64,000 nt of DNA, from positions 1,824,001-1,888,000 of the forward strand of contig CAWDML010000001.1 in assembly GCA_963803435.1 (NCBI GenBank), given 5' to 3'. This stretch comes from an uncultured delta proteobacterium. Its GTDB lineage: Bacteria > Myxococcota > Kuafuiibacteriia > Kuafuiibacteriales > Kuafuiibacteriaceae. Under the pieces are notes generated by a model. The model was not told the origin of the DNA. It did not search any database and saw nothing but the letters and a program-made list of their open reading frames with translations. A program made the position numbers and the translations under genes. Position 1 is the first letter of the stretch; each line of letters begins with the position of its first letter. Below are positions 41,581-52,783 of the stretch, one piece after another.

Positions 41581-42263
41581 AGCTTTACCGCCACCAGCGC
41601 GACGGGCGTGGCCACCACCGCGAACGACTTGAGCGAGGTGAGGCCGTGAATCTCGCGCAGCGCCACGGCGTGGAGGAACAGGCTCCAGAAGACGCCCACC
41701 AGGAAGCCGCCCACCGGGATGATCGCGAAGATCATCGGCGCAAAGCCGAAGCAGACGGCGCGCACCGTGGCGGGGACCGCGACTGAGCGTCCGGAGAAGA
41801 GCGTGGCTGCCAGCTGATAGAACGTGCCGAGATACGCGATCGACATCAGCGACGCGAGCAATACCAGGCCGCCGAAGCGCAGTGTCGCGCGGGCGTCGTA
41901 GGGCGCCTCGCGCCAGAGGAGGAGGAACGCAGCGGCCTGCACGGTGACAGCCGGGAGAAGGACCAGCAGCGCGAAGCTGGGCGCGCGCCCGATCCGGGGC
42001 GATCCCAGGTTCTGGAAGAACGCCGTGGGCGCCGTGAGGACGGCGCGGATCGTGAGGAGAAAGCCCCGGAGCCGCCCCCGCTCCTCCCAGGGGGTTCCGA
42101 GCGGGCGGGCCGAGTTCTTTACAGACGGCTCGGGTGCAGGCTCGATCGGGGCCTCCGCGCGATGGATCGAGACTTCCAGCCGGGCCCCGCAGACGGGGCA
42201 GAACAGCGCGCCGCTCCCGGCGATCGGGAAGCGCTCCGAGCAGGCAGGGCATCGTGCACGCAC
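41574..42263 (-). CDS. Zinc-ribbon + YIP1-like membrane protein
   Basis: CPAC..CPVC, TPWEER..VLTAPTAFF, multiple TM helices. Confidence 0.7.
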   Translation of the reverse strand: MRARCPACSERFPIAGSGALFCPVCGARLEVSIHRAEAPIEPAPEPSVKNSARPLGTPWEERGRLRGFLLTIRAVLTAPTAFFQNLGSPRIGRAPSFALLVLLPAVTVQAAAFLLLWREAPYDARATLRFGGLVLLASLMSIAYLGTFYQLAATLFSGRSVAVPATVRAVCFGFAPMIFAIIPVGGFLVGVFWSLFLHAVALREIHGLTSLKSFAVVATPVALVAVKLW

Positions 42264-42277
42264 GGCGTGGGTCGAGC

Positions 42278-43422
42278 ATGACCGCGAACGACCGCGGAGG
42301 GAAAGGGCCGGATCGCCGTGGCGCGCACGCTCACCTCGCGCTGGTCCTGTTCCCGTTGGCGCTGGTCCTATGGCCGGGGCGCGCGGAGGCGTTCGACGAG
42401 GGGCAGGCGCTGCGGGCGCGGCTCCTGTTCCGCCCGCTCCTCCTCGACTACGAGCTCCCCGGACACCCGAACGAGGTGGGCCGCGGCCATGCCGGGACGG
42501 TGGGCACCGCCTCCTTGATCTGGAGCTACGACGCATTCCTCGAGATCGAGGGCGGCGTCCTGTTCCGGCTGCCGTTCGCGCTCGACTTCGACGAGGAGGC
42601 CGGCGCCTTTCCCATCCTGGCGCTGACGCTGGCGCCGTTCGGACCTCCGCTGACGCTGCGGTTCGGCTCGCTCGACATCCACCACGGCCACCACCCGGCG
42701 GTGCTCGACGAGGATTGCTACGCGTACGGGCGTCCCTATCAGGAGCTATACAACCGCAGCATCGACGTGGTGCGCGACGTCGGCCGCGATCCCTTTCTTC
42801 CGGTGGAGAACGGCGCTCAGCTGCGGGCCGTGTTCGACCACGTGCGCGCCGAGGCGTACCTCGACTGGCAGCTCCTGGAGACAAAGGCGCACCGGGAGAA
42901 GTTCGCGGTGGGCACGCTCGCGCGGTTCGACAGCCGCTGGCTCGACGCCGGCTTCGACTACCGGCTCGTGCACTACGGCGGCCAGCTCTTCACCAAGGTG
43001 CGCGCGGGCTTCGATCCGAAGCGCGTCGCCACCACGCTGGCGGTGTTCGTGAAGCCGCGACCGCTGGCGCTCGACTGGCTCACCGTCGAGCTATGGGGCG
43101 CGTTCATCTACGGCAAGGCGCCCGAGAGCCACTATGGGTTCGAGGTGGGCGGGGACGTGACGCTGTTCGGGATCGGCCGTCTCGGTTACCGGGCGTGGCG
43201 GCCCGAGCAGAAGCGCGCGCGCTTCGTCTCCGAGGACGGCGATCCGGTGTACTCGGGACCGCGCTCGCACCGCGCGATCATCGGCCTGTTCGGACGCTAC
43301 GGCGTGGCGGAGCTCTCGGGACGGCTCGACCTGGTGTTCGCCGAGGGCAGCCACGAGGTCGAGTACCTCACGGTGAGCACGCTGACGTTCGTCTGGGAGC
43401 CGGTGATCTTCACGAACGTCCA

Positions 43423-43432
<10 letters not shown>
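42278..43432 (+). CDS. Putative outer-membrane beta-barrel protein
   Basis: Signal peptide ending AEA; aromatic-rich alternating beta strands; start uncertain. Confidence 0.55.
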
Positions 43433-44485
<1,053 letters not shown>

Positions 44486-44528
44486 GGGCGGTCCCGATCA
44501 TGGCACCGAAGGGGGGCTGCTTGGAGAG

Positions 44529-46631
44529 CTAACTGCTGAACAGCTGGTACGCGTTGCGGAGCTTCGTGTCGTACTGGTTCGCGGCGAAGCCGGGGCCGTT
44601 GTAGATCCGGGCCACCTTCTCCCAATCCTTGTCTCGCAGGCCTTGAGCCAACCCGGGCGTGCTCTTCACGAAGCTCACAAAGGCTTCGAGCTGCGCCTTG
44701 GTCGAAGCGCTCATCGCCTCGACGAACTCGAAGACGTCGGAAGATCCGCATGCTCTGAAGTTTTCACCGAGGATCTGCGGCGCTCCCCAGGAGGCGGCCT
44801 TGAGCGCGGCTGCCGCGTCGAGCGCGAACGCCTCCTCGAGTCGCGAGTACTCCCGAGCTCCACCCTTGTAGAACTGCTTCGTCCAGTGCGGATAGGAAAT
44901 CGTCGGATGGGTTCGGTCGTGCTGGTGTCCGGTGAGGCGTGAGAAGATGTGACCCTCGAAGAGGATCGGCGGACGCCCATCCGCCAGGAAGCCGGCCAGG
45001 TGCGGACCGGATTCCACGCTGAAGAGCGCACGGATCGCCGCCGGTTCGACGAGGAGCGCCCTGCCCGCCCCGTCCCAGTCGCTCTGGACGAGCGGCGCGG
45101 GAACCGGCCTTCCGGGCGCCGGGAGCTGGAAGCCGTTGGGCAAGGTACCCGGCTCGGAGGGCTCCTGGATCAGCTTCTTCCAGGTACGTCCGTCCCAATC
45201 GACTCGCTTGTCCGGATGCGGGAAGCCGAGGACGTGCGCTTGAAAGTCACCGATGGCTGCCGCCAAGTCACCCGGGCCGCCTCCGACGTGGATGCCCCAC
45301 GCCTCGAGGCGCGCCTTCACCTTCTCGACGTCCTCGGGGTGGTTGTCGGCGCCCTCGCCCACCGAGCCGGTGAGCACGACCCCGGCCTCGGGAGGTTTGC
45401 TCAGCGTCCTCCAGGTGACGCCGTCCGCGTCGATCCTCCCGTCCGGGTTACGGAGCCCGACCACGTTGTGCTGGAAGTCGATGATGGCCGATTGCGTCGC
45501 TGCGTCGAGGACCCCATCGGTCACGAGCACCGGATGGACGCCCCAGAGGTTGAGGTACCGCTGGACCGTTGCGATATCGCCCTGCTGGTTCAGGCCGCCA
45601 CGTCCGACAGAGCCGGCGAGATGATCGGGCGGGCCCGCTGCAGCTGCCGCGTGCAGGGCGAGCGGCGTCTCTGCTCGCGCGGCAGCGTGGAGGGCGAGGC
45701 CAGCCGTGGGAACGTTCGTCCGCGGTTCGGTCTCCAACGTCCGGCTCGCGATGCGTCGCGCCTCCGCGATGGCGTCGCGATTCTCCGACTCGAACGATCG
45801 GTCCCCTGACCGCGCCGCGACCTCGAGCGCACGCCCGATGTCCGCCTCGACACCCGCGACGAGCGCCGGCCCCGTGCCGCAGGTCGCGTTCTTCAGCGCC
45901 TCCTCGATCAGGAGCTTCGCGAGCGCCCTCTCGGCGGCGACCACCTCGCTGGGCGCGTCGGCGAAGCCCGCGGCCTTGGCGGCGGCCCGGGCGAGCTCGA
46001 GCTCGTAGTCGACGAGCATCGTGTCCTTCGCGTCGAGCTGCTCCGTCACCCGCTCGAGGTGCTGCTCGAGCTGGAGCCTCGGCGTCGCGGCCAGCGCCTC
46101 CCGCATGCCTCCAGGTGAACGTTTCGCCGTCTCTCCCGCCGGAGCTCCCGGTCGTCGCAATCGGAGTCCTGTCGCAGGACCGCCGGTGAGATGGACGTGC
46201 TGAGAGCCCGCCATACCCGCGTCTTCGGGGGCAGGCGGGCGCCGCGCCTCGCGGATCGCCTGCAGGCCCGCGAGCAGGTGTGGATCCGTCTGCTTGGCGC
46301 CCAGCCTCTCGAACGCTTTCATCGCCTCGCTGGTCTCCCCGGGGAGGACGGATCGACTCGTTTCACCGATCACCAGCTGGAAGGCGACCTTTCCTCGTCG
46401 GACGGATGCGACGATGGAACCGAGCTCACCGTGCGCCGCGACGATCCAGCTCCCTCTCGATCTGTAGGCCGAGAGCTCGCCGTCTCGGGCGAGGCGCTCG
46501 AGAAGGCGAGACCCGTCCGCGCCGAGCGCGTGGGGCTCAGCACCTGCGTCGAACCACCGCCTCACGTCCTTGAAAGCCAGCGGCTGGTCCCACGCCAGGC
46601 GCTTCCTCGTTTCGGTGCTCTCGGTCCTCAC
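44529..46631 (-). CDS. Modular peptidoglycan-binding + N-acetylmuramidase (DUF3380-type) protein with long N-terminal extension
   Basis: Two GSVG..N..D..VQ/K..FQ..PD PG-binding repeats; VES..GF..PPILFEGH, ASWGAPQILGEN, ARIYNGP..YDTKL. Confidence 0.82.
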   Translation of the reverse strand: MRTESTETRKRLAWDQPLAFKDVRRWFDAGAEPHALGADGSRLLERLARDGELSAYRSRGSWIVAAHGELGSIVASVRRGKVAFQLVIGETSRSVLPGETSEAMKAFERLGAKQTDPHLLAGLQAIREARRPPAPEDAGMAGSQHVHLTGGPATGLRLRRPGAPAGETAKRSPGGMREALAATPRLQLEQHLERVTEQLDAKDTMLVDYELELARAAAKAAGFADAPSEVVAAERALAKLLIEEALKNATCGTGPALVAGVEADIGRALEVAARSGDRSFESENRDAIAEARRIASRTLETEPRTNVPTAGLALHAAARAETPLALHAAAAAGPPDHLAGSVGRGGLNQQGDIATVQRYLNLWGVHPVLVTDGVLDAATQSAIIDFQHNVVGLRNPDGRIDADGVTWRTLSKPPEAGVVLTGSVGEGADNHPEDVEKVKARLEAWGIHVGGGPGDLAAAIGDFQAHVLGFPHPDKRVDWDGRTWKKLIQEPSEPGTLPNGFQLPAPGRPVPAPLVQSDWDGAGRALLVEPAAIRALFSVESGPHLAGFLADGRPPILFEGHIFSRLTGHQHDRTHPTISYPHWTKQFYKGGAREYSRLEEAFALDAAAALKAASWGAPQILGENFRACGSSDVFEFVEAMSASTKAQLEAFVSFVKSTPGLAQGLRDKDWEKVARIYNGPGFAANQYDTKLRNAYQLFSS

Positions 46632-46654
46632 GTGCCCTCCGCCATCGGGCGGTG

Positions 46655-46670
46655 AGCACGTGCCGTGCCG
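46655..46670 (-). promoter_or_regulatory. Sigma54 promoter for the muramidase gene
   Basis: Minus strand CGGCACGGCACGTGCT, GG-N10-GC. Confidence 0.55.
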
Positions 46671-46762
46671 GCGCTCGCTGCTCCTCGTCAGGCTCGCACT
46701 GCACGCTCGACCCACCATGCTGTTGGCTGGAAGACCAGCGCGGTGCGGCGGCGCCCGGTCAT

Positions 46763-46801
46763 TGCACCGAAGTGGTGCTCGCCGTGCACCGAGTTGGTGC
46801 G
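46763..46801. promoter_or_regulatory. Tandem NtrC-like enhancer palindromes
   Basis: TGCACCGAAGTGGTGCT (46763-46779) and TGCACCGAGTTGGTGCG (46785-46801), 22 bp apart. Confidence 0.65.
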
Positions 46802-46829
46802 CGCCGGTCGAAGATCCAGAGCCGATCCC

Positions 46830-46845
46830 TGGCACGCGGCTCGCA
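46830..46845 (+). promoter_or_regulatory. Sigma54 promoter for the MBL/activator operon
   Basis: TGGCACGCGGCTCGCA, GG-N10-GC. Confidence 0.65.
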
Positions 46846-46857
46846 CTCGGGTCGGTC

Positions 46858-47685
46858 ATGAAGCTGACGTTTTGGGGTGTCCGAGGCTCGATCGCGACCT
46901 CGGGGCCGGAGTTCTCTCGCATCGGCGGCAATACGACCTGCCTGGAGGTGACCCACGGCGGCGCGCGCCTGATCCTCGACGCCGGCACCGGGCTGCGCGC
47001 GCTCGGCACCAGGCTCTGCGCGGAGGCGCGCGAGAACGGCGGAGGCGTCGAGGCGTCGTTCCTCTTCTCACACCTGCACTGGGATCACGTCCAGGGGTTC
47101 CCGTTCTTCGCGCCTGCGTTCATGCCCTCGACCAAGCTCTCGCTCTACGGACCCTGCGACGAGCGGGGGGTCGGCCTCGAGCAGGTGCTGTCGCAGCAGA
47201 TGCAGCCGCCGAGCTTTCCGGTACCGCTCTCGGCGATGGCCGCCGAGAAGACGTTCACCGCGATCGGCTCGGGGAGCGAGCTGGCGATCGGTCCGTTCGA
47301 GGTGCACATGCGCGCGCTCTGCCACCCGCAGGGATCGCTCGGCTTCCGGATCGAGGCCGGCGGTCGCTCGCTCTGCTTCGCCACCGACACCGAGCACGAC
47401 GACAAGGAGATCGATCCTTCGATCCTCGAGCTGGCCCGCGGCGTCGACCTCCTGGTGTTCGACGCGCAGTACACGGAGGAGGAGTACCGGGGGCGCAAGG
47501 GCTGGGGCCACTCGACGTACGTGACCGCCGCTCTGATCGCCTGCGCGGCCGGGGCCGGCAGGCTCGCCCTCTTCCACCACGACCCGGCGCACGACGACGA
47601 TGCGGTGGAGGCGATCGAGCGCGACGCCCGCGGCATCTTCGGGAGCACGTTCGCGGCCCGCGAGGGGCTGACCGTCGATGTTTGA
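46858..47685 (+). CDS. MBL-fold metallohydrolase (RNase Z/phosphodiesterase-like)
   Basis: FWGVRGS, GGNTTC, DAGTG, SHLHWDH, TDTEH, GWGHS, FHHDP. Confidence 0.92.
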   Translation: MKLTFWGVRGSIATSGPEFSRIGGNTTCLEVTHGGARLILDAGTGLRALGTRLCAEARENGGGVEASFLFSHLHWDHVQGFPFFAPAFMPSTKLSLYGPCDERGVGLEQVLSQQMQPPSFPVPLSAMAAEKTFTAIGSGSELAIGPFEVHMRALCHPQGSLGFRIEAGGRSLCFATDTEHDDKEIDPSILELARGVDLLVFDAQYTEEEYRGRKGWGHSTYVTAALIACAAGAGRLALFHHDPAHDDDAVEAIERDARGIFGSTFAAREGLTVDV

Positions 47686-49186
47686 TATGATCGCCCGGCG
47701 CATGCCGGAGCCACCGACGGAGGAAGCCCGCGCCATCCTGCTGGCGGTGGGCGGCTTGATCCAGCGGGAGGTCGCGATCGACGAGCTGCTCCAGCGGATG
47801 GTCGATCTGATCGCGGAGAAGATGAACGCGGATCGCGGCACCATCTACGTGGTGGACCGCGGCAAGCGCGAGGTGTTCTCGAAGGCCGCCCACCTGCCGG
47901 AGATCGAGGAGATCCGACTCCAGCTGGGCCAGGGGGTGGCCGGGTTCGTCGCGGAGAGCGGGCAGGTCGTCAACGTCCCCACGACGACGACCGACGCGCG
48001 CTTCTTCGCCGGGATCGATCAGCGGACGGGCTATCGCACGTCGTCGATCCTCGCCGTGCCGATGCGCGATCGTGAGGGCCAGATCATCGGCGTGGTGCAG
48101 CTGCTCAACAAGAAGAGCGGAAGCTTCCCGCTGGAGGACGAGGGGCTCCTGGTGGCGCTGGCGGAGCAGGCCGCGCTGGCGATCGAGTCGACCACGCTCT
48201 ACCGCGACCTCGCCCGCGAGCCCGAGGAGGATCAACGACCGCTGCCGCTGGCGGGGCGGTTCAACCTGATCGTCGGCGAGTCGGAGCTCCTCCAGCGCGC
48301 CTGCCGGCTCACCAGGAAGGCGGCCGCGACCGAGGCGACGATCCTGATCCGTGGCGAGAGCGGCACCGGCAAGGAGCTCTTCGCACGCGCGATCCACGTC
48401 AACTCGGCGCGCGCCGAGGGGCCGTTCGTCAAGGTGGACTGCGCGGCGCTCCCCGAGACGCTGATCGAGAACGAGCTCTTCGGCCACGAGCGGGGCGCGT
48501 TCACCGGCGCCGACCAGCGCTCGATCGGAAAATTCGACGCGGCCGAGGGCGGCACGATCTTCCTCGACGAGATCGGCGAGCTGCCGCTGGCCGTGCAGGG
48601 CAAGCTGCTGCGCGTGCTCCAGGACCGCGAGTACGATCGCGTCGGCGGCACCGAGACGGTGTCCGCGGACGTGCGCGTGGTGGCGGCCACCAACCGCGAT
48701 CTGGAGCGCATGGTCGCGGAGGGTCGGTTCCGCAGCGATCTCTACTATCGGATCAAGGTGGTACAGCTCGAGCTGCCGCCGCTCCGGGAGCGCGGGCGCG
48801 CCGATATCCGGCGCCTCGCGCAGCACTTCGCGGTCGCCGCCGCCCGACGGCACGGGCGCCCGATCCCGGCGATCTCGGAGGCGGCGTTCGATCGCCTGGG
48901 TCGCTACGGCTGGCCGGGCAACGTCCGCGAGCTGGAGAACTGCCTCGAGAGCGCCGTCGTGATCATGGAGGGCGATCGCATCCGCGCCGACGATCTGCCG
49001 CTGCCGGATCGCGTCGAGACCGCCACCTCGGGACCGCCGGACGAGCGCATCCGCACCCTGGAGGAGGTCGAGCGGGAGCACATCCTCCGGGTCCTCGAGC
49101 GCTGCGACGGCAACCGCTCGGAGGCGGCGCACCGGCTCGGCATCGGGCGCAATACGCTCACCCGGAAGCTCAAGGGCTACGAGTAG
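47678..49186 (+). CDS. GAF-domain sigma54-dependent transcriptional activator
   Basis: GAF ([21 protein letters not shown]), [22 protein letters not shown], Fis-type HTH. Confidence 0.95.
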   Translation: MFDMIARRMPEPPTEEARAILLAVGGLIQREVAIDELLQRMVDLIAEKMNADRGTIYVVDRGKREVFSKAAHLPEIEEIRLQLGQGVAGFVAESGQVVNVPTTTTDARFFAGIDQRTGYRTSSILAVPMRDREGQIIGVVQLLNKKSGSFPLEDEGLLVALAEQAALAIESTTLYRDLAREPEEDQRPLPLAGRFNLIVGESELLQRACRLTRKAAATEATILIRGESGTGKELFARAIHVNSARAEGPFVKVDCAALPETLIENELFGHERGAFTGADQRSIGKFDAAEGGTIFLDEIGELPLAVQGKLLRVLQDREYDRVGGTETVSADVRVVAATNRDLERMVAEGRFRSDLYYRIKVVQLELPPLRERGRADIRRLAQHFAVAAARRHGRPIPAISEAAFDRLGRYGWPGNVRELENCLESAVVIMEGDRIRADDLPLPDRVETATSGPPDERIRTLEEVEREHILRVLERCDGNRSEAAHRLGIGRNTLTRKLKGYE

Positions 49187-49219
49187 AGAGTCGACGGTCG
49201 ACGGTCGAGAGGCGCGAGG

Positions 49220-50125
49220 TCACGGGGCGGGTTGGCCGTCGAACACGAAGAGGAGGAGGGAGGTGACGGCGAGGAGGCCGCCGGCGACAAAGCCGCCGAT
49301 GCCCATGGCCTCGAAGTGCTTCGCCGAGTCGAGCTTGTCCCCGCAGTTGTCTTCGCGCGTGAGGCCGCCGGCCAGGCAGACCCCGTCATCGTTGTACTTG
49401 TTGATGAAGCTGGCCCGCAGCACGATGCCGACGACCCCAAGCACCACGCCGACGCCGGCGCCGGCGGCCGCGGTAATCGCGTATGGGGTCAGCTCGAGGC
49501 CGGACCGCGTCGTCTCGATCGCGAGGGGTGAGGGCGGAGGCGGAGGCGGAGGCGCAGCGCGGGGCGGTGGCGGAGGCGGAGGCGAGACCGCGAGCTCGGG
49601 GACGAGGTCGATGGTCTCACGAGCGAGGGCGCGCGCCTTGACCTCTATGGTGCGGGACCGCGGGCGAAATCCGTCCTCCATCAGATCGATCACGATCTCG
49701 CCAGCGACCACGCGGACGGGGGCCGGGAGCGGAAGGGTCCCGACCTGTTTTCCGTTCACCACCACCCGCGCGCCGGCCGGCGTGCCGAGGACCTCGAGGT
49801 TCCCCAGGCGCTCGCGGATCGACTCCAGGGCCCCCTCCAGCGGTTTTCTACGGGCCGCGATCCAGCGATCCTTGCTGTCGAGCGCGGTGGTGAGATGAGT
49901 CTCGGCGTCGATCCAGCGGCCGAGGGCCTGCTCGGCCAGCGCCACCTGGGCGAGCGCCTTCGCCGACTTCGACTCGTCGTACGCGCGCTGGAACAGCGCC
50001 AGCGCGTCGAGGTCCTTGCCCTTCTCCCGCAGGCTGATGCCGCGGTCGATGAGCTGGTCGGAGGTCTCGGCGCGGGCCGCGGCCGACCAAGAGAGGAGGA
50101 TCAGTGAGAGCGCGATCGACTTCAT
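49220..50125 (-). CDS. TPR-PEGA protein with C-terminal TM segments
   Basis: Signal peptide, TPR-like helices, PAGARVVVNG..GTLP. Confidence 0.75.
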   Translation of the reverse strand: MKSIALSLILLSWSAAARAETSDQLIDRGISLREKGKDLDALALFQRAYDESKSAKALAQVALAEQALGRWIDAETHLTTALDSKDRWIAARRKPLEGALESIRERLGNLEVLGTPAGARVVVNGKQVGTLPLPAPVRVVAGEIVIDLMEDGFRPRSRTIEVKARALARETIDLVPELAVSPPPPPPPRAAPPPPPPPSPLAIETTRSGLELTPYAITAAAGAGVGVVLGVVGIVLRASFINKYNDDGVCLAGGLTREDNCGDKLDSAKHFEAMGIGGFVAGGLLAVTSLLLFVFDGQPAP

Positions 50126-50127
50126 GA

Positions 50128-51486
50128 TCAACGGAGGATGGGAGCGTCGTTGGCCCCGCGCTTGGGCGCCGGCACGACGTGCGGCCGCTTGCTCCGCGGG
50201 TGGTGGCGCCGCGCCGGCGGCGGCGGCGGCGCGGGCGGCGGCGGAGGCGCGACCGGCGGCGCCTCGGGCGGAAGCGCTTCGACCGGCGGAGGCGCAGGCG
50301 GCGGCGGGGGCTCGGCGGGCGCTGCCACGATCGGCTCGATCTGCACGGGCGCCGGCCGCTCGCTGAGCGCCACCAGGAACACGACCAGGGCGACGAGCAG
50401 CATCGCAACGCCGACGCCGACGCCGATCAGCGCGCGCGACGAGCCCGACTTGGGCTCGCGGATCGTGCTGCCCGCGACGGGGTTGGCGTGAGTGATGGCG
50501 CCGAGCGGCTCCGCGAGGGCGACCGCAGGCTGCTGGTACATCGACGGCAGATGCGCGAGCGGCAGCGGCGCGCCGAAGACGGGCTCCCAGCGCGCGCGCA
50601 CGGCGGGCGACGCGAACGGGAGCAGGGCGCGCCCAACCTCCTTCATCGTCTCGAAGCGGCGCTCCGCCTTCGTCGCCATCATCGTCAGCAGGACGCGCTC
50701 GAACTCCATCGAGAGCTCCGGCTTCAACATGCGCGGAGGCTCGAACTCGCCCTGAACGATCCGGTGGAGGATCTTGTACATCGAGTCGGCTTCGAACGGG
50801 CGCCTTCCGGTCACGCACTGGTAGAGGATCACGCCGAGCGAGTACTGATCGCTGCGCATGTCCAAGCCCTTGGAGCCGGCCGCCTGCTCGGGCGACATGT
50901 AGAACGGCGTGCCGAGCAGCGCGCCGGTGGTGGTGAGTGCCTCGCTCGGCGAGGTCGACTTCAGCTTGGAGATCCCGAAGTCGAGGATCTTGGGCGTCAG
51001 CTGTCCGTGGGGGCCGTCGGCGAGAAAGATGTTGGCGGGCTTGAGGTCGCGATGGACGACGCCCTTCTCGTGCGCGGTCAGCAGAGCAGCCGAGACGGGG
51101 AGCATCACGTCGACGGCCTCCTCGATCGACAGCGACGGTTGCTTCCGGAGTAGCGCCGCCAGATCGCGCCCCTCGAGGTGCTCCATGACCAGGTAGGTGA
51201 TGTCGTCCTGCGTGCCGACGTCGTAGATGTCGACCACGTGCGGGTGCTGGATCCGCGCCGCCGACTCGCCCTCGCGGAGGAACCGGATCTGAACCTCGGG
51301 CTCGCTCGCCATCTCGGGGAGGAGCGCCTTGATGGCGACCCGCTTGGCGAGGCCGGTGTGGACCGCCTCGTAGACGGCACCCATCCCGCCGGTACCGATC
51401 CGCCGCTCGATCCGGTAGCGCCCGAACTGGGAGCCGATCTTCAGGATCTCCTTCTTCGGCGCCACCGAGCCCTCGCCGGGCAGCAT
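50128..51486 (-). CDS. Transmembrane Ser/Thr protein kinase
   Basis: IGTGGMG, HRDLKPAN, DFGISK, YMSPE, TM helix, Pro-rich tail ending GANDAPILR. Confidence 0.95.
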   Translation of the reverse strand: MLPGEGSVAPKKEILKIGSQFGRYRIERRIGTGGMGAVYEAVHTGLAKRVAIKALLPEMASEPEVQIRFLREGESAARIQHPHVVDIYDVGTQDDITYLVMEHLEGRDLAALLRKQPSLSIEEAVDVMLPVSAALLTAHEKGVVHRDLKPANIFLADGPHGQLTPKILDFGISKLKSTSPSEALTTTGALLGTPFYMSPEQAAGSKGLDMRSDQYSLGVILYQCVTGRRPFEADSMYKILHRIVQGEFEPPRMLKPELSMEFERVLLTMMATKAERRFETMKEVGRALLPFASPAVRARWEPVFGAPLPLAHLPSMYQQPAVALAEPLGAITHANPVAGSTIREPKSGSSRALIGVGVGVAMLLVALVVFLVALSERPAPVQIEPIVAAPAEPPPPPAPPPVEALPPEAPPVAPPPPPAPPPPPARRHHPRSKRPHVVPAPKRGANDAPILR

Positions 51487-51609
51487 ACGCCGTTTGCGCC
51501 GGCGCACCCAGGGGCGCGTTCGACCCTGCCGAGGTGTGTCGCGCGCTACCCGCTCGGCGGGGAACCGGGAGCCCCGGTCGGTGGTCCGACCCTTGCGATG
51601 CACGCACGC

Positions 51610-52746
51610 ATGCACGTCCCGACGGCCGAGACCTACGACCCGATCCCCACTCCACACGAGCGACCGCTGCGGCTGCCGGCGCGACCGAACCGCACCAAGC
51701 TCGCGCTCCTCTTGGCGCTCGCACCGGTCGGCGGCTTTCTGCTCTGCCTCCTCATCGGCCCGCACCTCGACCGCTGGACCGCGCTCACCGTGATCATGTC
51801 GGCGACCACCTTCCTGGCGCTGGCCGGCGTCGCGATCGCGCTGAAGACTGCGGTCCGCCTGCTCCGCATCGACACCGCGGTCCGACCGCGGGGACTGCTG
51901 GGCGCGGGCCTTTCGATCGGCACCGGGCTCATCACCGCGACGATCGGCGCGTTCACGGCGCTGATCACGCTCATGTCCTTCTCGCGCGGCCGGCAGCTCC
52001 GCCGGCGCGGCCGTCCGATCTTCGCCCCGGTCGACGATCGCAGCCCCTGGGTGACGCCCGCGCGCACGGCGCCCATCGACCCGGTGGCCCGGCCCGGGAT
52101 CGCGAACGCGTGGCGAACCAACGGGCTCACCGAGCACGCCTCCGTCGCGGCCTTCGCGCGCCTGGCGATCGATCTGGTCGCGCTGGGCGCGCCGCCCCGC
52201 CTGATCCGCGCCGCCTATGCCGATGCGCTCGACGAGATGCGGCACACCGAGCTCTGCTTCGAGCTCGCTCGTCTGCTCGACGGCCGCGCCCTGGGTCCGG
52301 CGGCCTTCCCCGCGATCTCCGCCCTGCCGGCCCGTCGCGCCCCGCGCCCGATCGCGCTGGCCCGCTTGGCCGTCGACAGCCTGATCGACGGCGCGCTCAA
52401 CGAGGGCGTCTCGGCCCGCGTGATCGCCCAGCTCTCTCGGACCACCGATCATCCGCAGGTCCAGCCGGTGCTGGCCGCCATCGCGCGCGACGAGGCCCGG
52501 CACGCCGCCCACGCCTTCGAGGTGCTTCGCTGGTGCGTCCTCGAGGGCGGCTTCCCGGTGATCGCCGCCGTGCGCGCGGCGCTGTTCGCCCTCCCCGCCC
52601 GCCCCGGAGCCGAGATCGAGGGCGCCGCTGTCGAAGAGGCCGAGGCCTTCGGCCTTCCGGAGCACGCGCGGATCGAGCGCGCCTTCCGCGCAGTGCGCGC
52701 CCGGCTGGTCGCCCGCACCGAGCGGTTGCTGGCGGCCGCGCCCTGA
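51610..52746 (+). CDS. Membrane-anchored ferritin-like domain protein
   Basis: Three TM helices, then EHASVAAF, DEMRH, NEGVS, DEARH di-iron motifs. Confidence 0.78.
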   Translation: MHVPTAETYDPIPTPHERPLRLPARPNRTKLALLLALAPVGGFLLCLLIGPHLDRWTALTVIMSATTFLALAGVAIALKTAVRLLRIDTAVRPRGLLGAGLSIGTGLITATIGAFTALITLMSFSRGRQLRRRGRPIFAPVDDRSPWVTPARTAPIDPVARPGIANAWRTNGLTEHASVAAFARLAIDLVALGAPPRLIRAAYADALDEMRHTELCFELARLLDGRALGPAAFPAISALPARRAPRPIALARLAVDSLIDGALNEGVSARVIAQLSRTTDHPQVQPVLAAIARDEARHAAHAFEVLRWCVLEGGFPVIAAVRAALFALPARPGAEIEGAAVEEAEAFGLPEHARIERAFRAVRARLVARTERLLAAAP

Positions 52747-52783
52747 CCGTTCTCACGGTCAGGGGTGTTCAAGCTGAGATGGG

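Noticed and set aside
44529-46631. Prophage lysis cassette
   Set aside because: No holin, spanin, integrase or structural genes nearby.
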